NCBI RefSeq assembly: GCF_001194135.2
Contig: NC_068981.1
Location: 20,754,042-20,818,041, forward strand
DNA: 64,000 bases
Direction: 5' to 3'
Origin: Octopus bimaculoides
Taxonomy: Eukaryota
Positions 53,131 through 64,000 of this stretch are shown one piece after another. The notes under the pieces were generated by a model. The model ran no database searches, was not told the origin of the DNA, and worked only from the letters and a program-made list of their open reading frames with translations. The position numbers were made by a program, and so were the translations under genes. Each line of letters begins with the position of its first letter. The first letter of the stretch is position 1.

Positions 53131-55147
53131 ACAATGTAGAAAGCCACAATTATGTAATATTAACAGGAAGAATAAATGTAATAGTAACCCGTGTGTATTG
53201 ACTACAACTGACTGTAGGACAAGAACGTATAAAGGTCAATTATAGACGGATATATCACGTAAGCCAATTGTAACAAACAGGTTTTTTGTGGGGGGTCACA
53301 CCTACACCTGTGCAGCTGGACCCACAACAGGTGACATTTATCAGTCAATGATAATTAATATATTAACAGTGGTTGAAGAAAAGGGGCCTACTGTTAGATA
53401 TGTTGGTTTTGTAGCATAATACTCGAACAAAATAATTCAACATTGAAATCATCCAGAATTTTACGGTCTCATTTTTGAAAATCTGAAATGCTAATTTAAA
53501 TTTTTAAGGATTAAAAAAATGCATTTTTCAAGGAGAGGTGCGGAACTGCATTAGATCCCAAAATTTAATTATTATGAATGAAAACAATATAATTTATTGA
53601 TTCAAGCAGGAGCTATATCAGTTCGATGCTCTACAGAGCGAGTTAACACATTGAGAGAGAGAAGAAGGAAGCGAGAAGACAAAGGAGTAAAATAATTAAA
53701 TAAACATTTAGTTGGATTTACAAAACGGGAGATATTATTAGAGAATGAGAACATAACTATTAATATATTGAATAAATATCTATCAGTAAAACGGTAGAAG
53801 AATACAATGATTAAGATGACTTAAAACGGTTCGATGTGTAAATGGAGGAGGACGTTTGAGTCAGAATGACAGAAAATTTACAAAGAAAGAGTTAATTTTG
53901 GTATATTTTTCCTTCAAAAATGATTTCATACAAAAAGAAGTGTAGAAGTTGTGGCCGTTGCTATATTTCTTGAATAAAGATAAAAGCGACCTTACGTTAA
54001 CCTTGAGGACACAACAACCTTCCCACATGTCCACTTTTTATAATGGACATTAAAATTCTTTAGTGGTAAAAATAAACCACAGGATGATGCGAAATAAATA
54101 GTTACCAAAACACAAGCATAAATAAATAAATACTAACCTGGTAACTAATGGACCGATGTAAAGGAGAAAAGATATTCAGAGAAATGTGCTTCTCCAGAGA
54201 GTTAGGTGGTGGACGAGACTTGACGAAGCCGACGAGACTTAATGAGATCAAGAAACTTAACTCTTTCCAAACTATGCGCTAAGGACGAGGTGGGAGGTTA
54301 TGGTAGAGAACGGTTCTATCACTGCCGTCATTAGACTTTTTTTTTTTAATTAAAAAAAAATACAAAAGTATTTTCGAAATAATGAGTGGATAAAATGAGA
54401 AGGGAAATTTTTGAAAGTTTTGATTCTAACACATTCTTAGAGCAAATGTTCACTGCAGTGCATCATCATTATAACTCCTATACATCTAATATTTAATGAC
54501 TAATTCATCTGCCTTTTCATTTTAAAGCGGTGAGCTGGCAGAATCGTTAGCACGCTTCCAAGAATCGTTGCATTTCGTTTGTCTTTATGTTTTGAGTTCA
54601 AATTCTGTTGTGGTTAGCTTTGTCTTTCATCCTTTTGAGGTTGATAAAATAAGTACGAGTTGAATACTGGGATTGATGTAATCGACTTATCCCTTCTCCT
54701 GAAATTGCTGGCCTTGTGCCAACATTTGGAAGCAATATTTAATGACAAATTTTCAAATCTTATGTTGGTAATAAATTTGATCGTAAATTGACTATGATAA
54801 AGTCACCAATACCCACAGGGATATGAACTAACTCTAGATACTATTTCAATTTACTACAGATAGCAGTCAAACATTCTTCAAATTACATTTTACAGTTTCA
54901 AATAACACCTGGACACGTTAGATAATGCAATTCTACCAAGCGTAACTTTGAAAAAAATGAAGTGATCTTTGATCTTATGCTTGCTTAATTAAGAATGAAC
55001 ATTGAAGCTAAGCAACAATAACAATATTTTTTAAAAAATACATCTCTGAGAAAGATTTAAGGTTTTAGATTAATGATTCTCAATCATTTTGACTTAGTTG
55101 CACACTGAAAGTCATATATAAAATTACTGATGCACTTTGGTACAGTA

Positions 55148-56660
55148 TGTAAAACAACACTGGCACACTCTACATGGAAAGTTAAGAAAACTCTACTTAT
55201 AATGGAAGGTTTTTTATGATACTTTTGGGGTATCTTCTTCTTCCATTATAATTATTCTGTTGATTCAAGGAGCTGGAAATACGAAGAATGAGGTTCTCAG
55301 GCAGAGTGAATTCAATAACCACTTATTCATAGGTGCTTTGTACAAGGGGGTTGCTTTCAGTAACCATCTTCACAGCAGTGCATAGTTAGCCTTCTCTCTC
55401 ATACATGTGAGGTTCAATAACCTCTGGAGATAATGCATGTGGTATCACAGTGGGACAAAAGTTTGCTGTGAGTTCCTGGCTGTGAAGTCTTGCTCGGCAT
55501 CAGCGTGAAAAGAATGAGAGGGAAAATGCTGTTGTCTTTTCCTTAAAAAATAGTTGCAGGTGAGATCTCATTTTTGTCTCATGTATGGCAATGGTTACAG
55601 GCAAGATCTCACTGTTTCAAAATGGCACTGGCTTCTTTGTGCCTTGCTACAGGGGCTCCCCCCCTGAGAATGCCAGTGTGAAAATAGAGAATAACTGGAG
55701 CAGGCACAAGAAAAGAGCAAAGATGGTAACCGATTGCAAACAACAAGATATGGTACAAAAATGTGACGAGTCAAAAAGAAAAATAATTGCAAGAAATATA
55801 AATTGGCATGCACAAAATGTACAATGGCAGAGTATTGGAATTGTTCAGTAACACAGGGGCCAATGCACAGTATGGCTTGTCCTGGTGACATGAGGTTTGT
55901 TTGTGTTAGGTTGTGGTGATGAAGGTGGAGGTGTAGGTGATGGTGTGGTCAAAGGTGCATGTGTGAGTGGATGTGTAGGTGGTTGTAAAGGATTAAAAGT
56001 GGGTGTGGCTAGAGTGTCATCGAAGGGTGTGGAAACCTCAAAATATGCTTTTTTAAGTCTCTCGACTAACATGGTCTCTGCCCGACCATTGATGTCGAGA
56101 CTAAAAGTTTTGGGTGTGCGCAATAGCACATGAAACAGTCCTTTATAGGGAGAAACAAGTGATCCTCTGAGAAACAAGTGGTCATCCTGAACAAAAGCAT
56201 GAGTCCACTTGTCAATGTCTGGTGGGACATGAGAGGGAATAGATTGGTCACGCTGATACATTGGTGAAAGACTTGAGAAATTCAAGCGAAGTCTGGTGAC
56301 ATACGACGTTGGATCAGGATGTGATGAACTGGGTGGTGCTAACATTGTACCAGGAAGTGCCAAGGTGGTACCGTAAAGGAGTTCAGCAGAAGAGAAACCT
56401 AAGTCTGTCTTAACGGCAGTGCGACAACCAAGAAGAACGATAGACAGGAATTCTGTCCAAGATTGCAGATCAGGAGTGGCATGTNNNNNNNNNNAGACAG
56501 GAATTCTGTCCAAGATTGCAGATCAGGAGTGGCATGTAGTGTGTCCATGTGACATGTTAATGCATCGACTCTCTCCAAAATGTTGTCATGTGACGAAGTA
56601 AGGTAATATTTTTCATAGCCACATGTTTTCATGGAAGATTGTGACAGAAGAACACCACTT
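55148..56660 (-). mobile_element. Internally deleted Gypsy LTR retrotransposon: integrase C-terminus, PPT and 3' LTR (55651-55148)
   Basis: WTEFLSIVLLGCRTAVKTDLGFSSAELLYGTTLALPG...PYKG.F.VL.R..K.F.LDINGR.ET..VERLKKAY. Purine tract AGGGGGGAGCCCC directly before TGTAGC; LTR ends TTTTACA. Confidence 0.87.
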
Positions 56661-56712
56661 GCATGACTCTAACACTTGCTTATAACCAATACACAATGTT
56701 AACACAAGGAGA

Positions 56713-56749
<37 letters not shown>

Positions 56750-57459
56750 CTCATTATCATCATCATTTAACATCTGTCTTCTATGCTGGCATACGTTGGA
56801 CAATATGTATTTGTGTGTGTGTGTGTGTGTTCATTTCTTAAGTGATAATACTTTTCTTAAATAAGCTGTCATTGATTTAACTTTCTCTACAAAGGTAACT
56901 GACTTTACCTTTTCACTTCAAAAACTGATATGGTCAGCCATTTGACATTGGTATATCATATATGATTAATATTTTGGGATTGAATTGATTCAATCAATTA
57001 CGTTCCTTTATCTGCAAAACTGACATGATACTAATTCAAGTTCTGTCAAGAGCAACCTTACTTTTCATTTTTCCTGGATTAATAAATTACCAGCTGATTA
57101 CTGCATTATTTAATCAACTTCATCACTTTTTAAAAAAATTATGACTGCAAGGCTTGTAAGAAACCCTGATCAATAAATAAGCAAAACATCAGAAAATTAG
57201 ATAGAAACTAAATATTTGCAAGATAATAGTTCAAAGATAGCTAAGTTATATATATATATAAACAATCAATTTAAAATAGAAAATGAAAAGAGAGCCACTG
57301 ATATAACTCAAGCCTTCTTTTCAAATTAGGTACTAAGTTTCTGTTATTTTGTCTTCACAAGGATAATTTGCCAGGCACAAGTAATAACAGGTTCAAGTTC
57401 TGTCATTGGGTCCCTTGCTGTTTAATGTTTCTAATTTGTGTATATAAGGAAAATTCTCA

Positions 57460-57800
57460 GCCATCAACCAGGGATTCTCCCTGTGACCAGAGTTTGGTTT
57501 GCCAAGACCCTCCAGCTCCTTCTATATTGTGCTACATGCATTCAATCAGCCATGCTCTTGTTTCCAGTCCATGCTTTCATGTCATCAATTCATAGATGTC
57601 ATTGATGCCCTCTTGCTCTCATCTCCTCTACACTGCCAGTCAACACTTGGGTAATGGCTCATAGTGCATTGTATGTTCAAAATATGATAGATTTGTGGAC
57701 TTTTTAGTTCTGCAGCATTTGTTACCCCATCTTTTCAGTTTATTCTGCCAAATCTGCAAAAGATCCACATCTCAAAGGCATCTGGCAGTCAAACATAAGT
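57460..57800 (-). mobile_element. RTE LINE C-terminal fragment
   Basis: DAFEMWI...KDGVTNAAEL..., VEEMRARGHQ remnants. Confidence 0.6.
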
Positions 57801-60800
57801 CAGTCAGTCAGTCCTAAGAAGTGGGTGAAAGCTTTTACGAAAGGTGCAGATTTTATCATTGAACAAAAATGATCATTAAAATATTAGTAGTTAATTAAAA
57901 ACTCAACATTATTTTACATCTTTAATTACCTGTTATGGATTCTCTTCTAACAAGTGGTATTAATCTATGCCTCTTTATATACTGAGTTCAAATCCTGCTG
58001 AGTCAACTTTGCCTTCTGGGATCTATAAAATAAATATAGCAGTCAAGGACTGAGTTGATATAACCAACAACACTAATTTTCAAATATGATGACTTGTCTC
58101 TATGTTAGAAATCAATATATTACTGGTGCAATTTTACTAATGCCAGAAATTAGAAAAACAAATTTGACCAATGAATATTACTCAGAATGTTGGAGTATGA
58201 AATTAGACATTGGTAACCATTTCTGACAACTCACTTCCTTCATAAATGGTAAATACTGATAAATGATCCCTAAATAGACTGACTATCTCTTTTTGATCAA
58301 TACATTATTGTTTGACTTCCCTCTTAGTATCTCTGTCATTCTCTCTCTCTATCTCTCTCTCTCTCTCTCTCTCTCNNNNNNNNNNNNNNNNNNNNNNNNN
58401 NNNNNNNNNNCACACACACACACACACATCACATTCACCAGAGATGTTTTGTATGCAACTGAAGCTGTTCATCAAGGATTTGTGTACATAATCATCAAAA
58501 GACCCACAAAGATGATGATCATCAAATTTAATAATAAACAACCATAAGCAGGTGAGCAAGATTGTTCCTGTAAGTTCTGGAAATTAAATCACTTTGACAG
58601 GTTTTACCCCTCTCAGACCTGTGTCTCTGTGTCTAACTTTATCCTCCACCTGGACTTCTGAGCAAAAAGATAAATAAACAGTTGAATATAAAGCTCAAGA
58701 GTAATGATTGCAGGTAAACTAATGAACATAACTGACTGCATTTTTTTTTCTACTTATGTTTATCATTGCTGATTTACCAGGAATCCAGTGGAGATGACAT
58801 TTAATCTATCACTACTAAAGCAGGAATACTGCGTGGCAGGGTTAATCTTTTATTGACATTCTATTCAAGGAAAGGTTCAGATCACTTTATTCAAAAGATA
58901 GGATAAATCTCAATGAATGCTTGAGTGGTTTCTTTGAATGACAATAACAGGAATACAATAACAACGACAGGTGAAGGTTGAGAGTAATGGATTTAAATTA
59001 TTTATTGTCTTTTTAAGAGCTCAATTGCTTAGGGATTTTCTGAATTTAGATTTAACATTATCAGTAATGCTTCTACAACTTATAATTTTGAGAAGTTTAA
59101 ATTTATGTTAGGGTAGGCTACAGTCTTTATTTCAATCATATAAGAATCAGAAAGAATATTTATTTGGTTAGATGATAATGAATTGATAGTTTGAACTCCT
59201 TTGCACAGACAAAAATTTAAACTAATCAGCTAATGAACCATAACTATTTTTAAACTGGTACTCTTAGCTAGGGTGTTGAACTATTTGATTTAAATATATA
59301 GTCCATCAGCTACTTTTATTAGTTAATATCCTCCACTACTTGTATCCTTGACCAGAACTCCAAGCACTCTTGATCTCTTTCTCATTCATAAACCCAACCA
59401 TTACTGTGTCATTACTGACTCTTTCTCATTACTTAATAAAGTTGATTTCAAAACTGCCAATCATACAAGTCCTTTCTCCACAAATACCCAGGTACTTCAA
59501 GTTGGTTAACTATTTGGACCTCCACCAGTTTTATGTTAGCTGCTTATGACAGTGAATATACTTCACTTGTAATTCATTTGAAATGATTTAGTCCATGACA
59601 AATATTATCCTCCAAGGCATGTCACACAAACTTTGACAAAATCAGTGTTGTTACTCTTGACATCAGCAAAGGCTTTTGACCATGTCAAGCATGAAAACCA
59701 TCTAAGATGCTCACCCATAGGTTTCATCCCTCTTTCAGCTTAGATAAGAGGTTTTCTGTTGGATGGTACAAACAGGGCTCTTCTTTTCCTACATTTTTCC
59801 TTCAGAAATTCAAACTGAGCATCAACCATGCTAAAGTCACTGGTCAGTGAAACCAAGACCTAGAATCAAGCCATAAATTCTCAGTAGCCAGGTTCATACC
59901 ATACATAGATCATGCTCATATCACACAGTCTGTCCTGATTAGCAACCTATCAGCTCACAGTGATATCATGCCATATCATGAACATCATCTGCAATGTTCT
60001 CAAGGTTCCTGTGCTTTTCTTAGTATAAGGCAAAAACCTGTCAAGAACAACTCCTGAGGTTTGAGTGCCACCAGGGAACACACATCCTCACCTCTCACCA
60101 CAAGCAATCAGAGAGCCGCTTAGTATACCAGAAACAACATCAAATTTTCCTTTGCTGAATCCAGCTAGAAATGAAAGGAATTCCTCTTCATAAATGTAAA
60201 CCAACTCTTTCCTGCTTCTTGAGCCTTACTAATCATTACCAGGGGAGGACCCAAGGCACCCCTCAAAAAAAGAAGTGTGCCCTTCTAAATAATGTTATTA
60301 CGCCCTTTTCTCATGGAATTGTATTCCTTTCTGACCTTGTGCCCACCCTTCTAAAAATCCCTGAGACCACGCCTGATTACTATGTATATTTGTTATACTG
60401 AAGCTCATTTCTAATCGCCTATGTCTCTACCAGTAGTCATTAGAAACTTATGTAATTATATACAATAAATATCATATGAATATATTGTGTTATGTTCATA
60501 TTGTTCATGTATGCATAACACACAGCCCAGTTTACACTAAGCAAATAACATACCAACGAAACATCCCACTGTGACACCTGTAAAGGTCATGGACTCAACC
60601 TTCCCCAAAAAGAAAGAATGTGTTGAGTAAGTTATTCATATTTTATAGGCATAGGTGTAGAGAAGCTTGCTTCCCAACTATGTGATCTTGGGCTCAGTTC
60701 CACTACATGGCATCGTGGGCAAGTGTCTACAGCTATGAGAAAATATTACTTTGCTTGGTAACAGGTAAAAGCAGGTGACATGAAGGGCATTCAGCCGTAG

Positions 60801-61169
60801 AAAATCTGCCTCAAGAAATTCTGTCTGACCCATGCAAGTTAAAAAATATGAACGGTAAATAATGATGTCAATGATGATATATGGTAAAAATCACTATACG
60901 CTAATTAGTCACAGTTACCTCACTGAATACAACCGTCGCAACTCTTTTAATGTAGACTTTTTTTTTCACGAAAAAATAAAGGGGTAGGTGGTATCTATCT
61001 CTGTAAATTTATTTATAGATAACAGCTAAATTACCACATATACCAAAAAAAAAATTTTTAGATGGAAGTGTAAATATACTACTATCAAGACTCAAACGTA
61101 GAGTATATCCACAACCTCTGCAGAATTAATGACGTTTATTTAAGTACTTATAATGAGTCCCTGAAAGAT

Positions 61170-61691
61170 AATAAAAGCTTGCTGGTTAGTGTTTCGTGGT
61201 CTCTTAACATAGCTTCCGAGTTCCTTCGTAGACACAGGTACGTAAGCTATATACGATACAAAATGCCTATCAAATCGAAACTGCTGTCACTTCACATGCG
61301 ATTGATGCAAAGCAATGTCATTAAAGAAAGTAATATAAATTTTGACGTGCGTATATACACAAGCAAACATTGAGGAATCCATCTACACATACGTACACAC
61401 GTTCACGTGCACGTACCCCCCTCTCACATACATATACACACAGAGGAATGAGTGATCGGTTTCCGTCAGAGCACCCTGTATATATTGTGTTATGTTAACA
61501 TACGGCAAGATCGAGAAATCATACATAATCGATAGAACAGGCTTTATGATGTCAGTAAAGTCAAGGTCCCGTCTTTTTTTGTCTTCGACTTCTCTAAGCC
61601 AGCAAGTACCCATTTACATCATTAATATAAATGGCTGTAGCATTAGAAAACTTCCTTTGGCTGCCACCGGGAGACTGAATTGATGGTAAGT
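61170..61691 (+). promoter_or_regulatory. 5' end of an unidentified plus-strand gene: exon ending 61237, intron 61238-61598, exon 61599-61685 ending in ATG|GTAAGT
   Basis: CpG-rich. Donor CAG|GTACGT at 61238; acceptor gtctttttttgtcttcgacttctctaag ending 61598; donor ATG|GTAAGT at 61686; uORF at 61631-61678. Confidence 0.5.
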
Positions 61692-61860
61692 TTCACTATT
61701 TCAACATGAATTCAGAACAAAAGCCTTTTAATTTCTGGTCAGTATGTCTTATACCTGTTATTTTAGTGCATCTTTATATTATCACTCTTCCCAAACTAAA
61801 CACTTTTCTGAGTGATGTTTATATTTCTTTTTTTTTACATGTAAACAAGCTGCAGGAGTG

Positions 61861-61910
<50 letters not shown>

Positions 61911-63002
61911 GTGACACATGTTTAAGATATTACATGTGTTTGTTTATTAATCTCCTCGCATGTGTGTATATATATATCACTTATTTATAAACGTAATTTG
62001 ACTCGTTCTCATCTGTCGTATTTTTCTCAGTCAAACTCTACTATTTTTCCACCTACGTATAGTAATGTTCAGAGTTGTGAATACTTTTTACAGTATTACA
62101 ATATCGTAACGATCATTCATGTGTAAAGAAACTCAGTGTGCTGTAATACTCTTTCGGTTATTCTTCCTAGACAAGATATGTATATCGGATGGAGCACTAT
62201 TATCCTTGTTAATTACATATTTTATGATTACAGAAAAAAAAAATTAAAATGCTGGGTAACTTAATTGTTGAAGCGTTATTATTTGTGTTAGAACAGTAAT
62301 TGACGTTCGTCTTCGTGTTTCGGTTTCAGTATGTATTTTATTCAGTCGACCGTAAAGGTTCGCCCTCCTCATTAATTATAGATAATGAAAGTAGTCCAAA
62401 ATCCAGCAGTCCTTTAATACAGTCGTTAGACAATGAACGGCAGCGCATATGACTCTTTTTCTGGACCTACGAGATTAGTTGTTAAAGAGGAAGATGTTTG
62501 TTTCAGGCCGGAGGCTTAGCGCGATTGAGTGAACTCTGCTAACGAGATCTGTGGGCCAATTGGTGATGTTAGACCTTAGGAAGTGTTGCCTAGCCTTTAG
62601 TCATCCTTGAATGAGCAGACCCCTGATTAAAAGAATTCCAGTCATGAACATGCATAGTTTTATTTCAGATATCGTAAATGGAGAGCTCCATTATCGAATG
62701 TGTCTTTTCCTTCTTTAAAACAACATGAAAACGATTTGAGGAATATTTATTTTGTCTGCTACATTACGTTTTGGTAGAGTTAAAGATGGCAGTTAAAATG
62801 TCCACTAATAATTTGGCTTCATACTTTTATTGTTGTGAACAATCAAAGATAACTCCGATTGTTTCTTTAAACCATCATTACTTTGATACTACCTACAAAT
62901 AGCAGTTGTGTAGCACCAGGTAATCCTAGATGGAACAGTTCTATCATACGCAGATGGCCGAACGGCAAGGTGCGACATACAGGCCCATCTATCCAACTAG
63001 AT

Positions 63003-63186
63003 CAGTGTTCCGCAACCTTTTTTCACTTGCTGTACACTTATATTCATTTCAAAATTCGGCGGCACGCCTGATCTAAAATTATAACTAAAAGCATATGGAA
63101 AAATTATATTCCGGTTACACTGCGGCACACCGAGCATCGTCTCGTGGCACACCAGTGTTACGCGGCATACCGGTTGCGGAGCACTG
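63003..63186. mobile_element. Young hAT-family MITE (184 bp)
   Basis: TIRs CAGTGTTCCGCAACC / GGTTGCGGAGCACTG (14/15); 8-bp TSD AACTAGAT / GACTAGAT; many CpGs retained. Confidence 0.9.
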
Positions 63187-64000
63187 GACTAGATGATGGC
63201 CATAGAAGTACTGCTTCTATACTTTATTTATCAGCACAAAGGATGAAAGGTAGAATTAACCACTGTTGGGTTGAATATAGAGTGCAGAGTATTTGAGCAA
63301 ATATTGCTAGATTAACCTACCCAAACCAGCTAATTCGTCTGTGTGTGTGTCTTATTTCAGTCATTAGACTGCGGCCTTGCTGAGGCACCACCTTGAATAT
63401 GTATGTATAATATATATATATACGTTATACGTGTGTGTGTGTTGTATATCATCATTATTTAACATCTGTTTTCAATGCTGACTTTGGTTGAACAAGATTG
63501 TTTTGATCTGTATCAGCTTTTATTTGGAGTTAATGATCTCCTAGACGGATTGGAGGACCAAACTCACTCATACATTTCAATTTTGTCTTGGCTTTCTATG
63601 GCTAGATGTCCTTCCTGTCTCCACCACTTCACAAGATGTACTGGCTGCATTTTATGTTGCATCAACAATAGTGATGTTGCTTTGCATTCCATAAAACAAG
63701 AGTTTTTACTACTCTATGATGTGTTTATTCATTTAAAATAACCTGTCTGAAAAAGTAAGTAAAAGAGTGAGTGAAGATAAAAGAATCAAGATGGAGTTGG
63801 AGTGAAGGTTGTAAGATTATGAGGTAAAAATAGAGTGATTGTGGGAGAGTGGCAAAAGCAGAGAGAGTAATGGTTAGTAATAGAGGTGGACAATGGTAAG
63901 AATGAGTGATAGATACCAATAGCAAGTGGCTTGGGGGAAGAGGAGTAATGACTGGCAGTACAGAAAGGATGAACAGCTATTGTCTTTCTTAGTTGCACAG

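Noticed and set aside
56442-56537. 43-bp direct repeat flanking a 10-N gap
   Set aside because: Identical sequence on both sides of a gap is a typical contig-overlap artefact; it also inflates ORF 55845-56513.
61676-61678. TGA as selenocysteine in MAVALENFLWLPPGD-U-ID
   Set aside because: Context matches no selenoprotein redox motif I know and no SECIS is identifiable; a uORF stop is simpler.

Overview
Eukaryotic, AT-rich, repeat-dense draft-assembly DNA with several N gaps. The repeat families and microsatellite load resemble octopus (coleoid cephalopod) genomic DNA; this assignment is inference from recalled repeat families. One complete protein-coding gene can be reconstructed base by base: cytochrome c oxidase subunit 4 (COX4) on the minus strand, with 4 coding exons (45690-45828, 44684-44854, 43067-43198, 42443-42579), all introns GT-AG and phase 1, encoding 192 aa. 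Three CpG-rich promoter-like zones are present: about 29.2-31.3 kb, 52.9-54.3 kb and 61.2-61.7 kb. The last gives a coherent plus-strand 5' gene end with a short uORF. Most of the rest is decayed transposable elements: RTE, CR1-like, Tx1-like and HERO-type (REL-endonuclease) LINEs, tRNA-derived and RTE-tail SINEs, mariner DD34D-type and maT DD37D DNA transposons, hAT MITEs, a solo LTR and a deleted Gypsy element. Almost all ORFs in the supplied track are TE remnants, microsatellite translations or N-spanning artefacts. I found no CRISPR array, rRNA or bona fide tRNA gene, and no convincing undescribed multi-gene system. The most interesting observations are modest: two HERO-type elements bracketing microsatellites, a LINE/SINE shared 3' tail, a uORF-bearing 5' leader, and vertebrate-like COX4 exon architecture.
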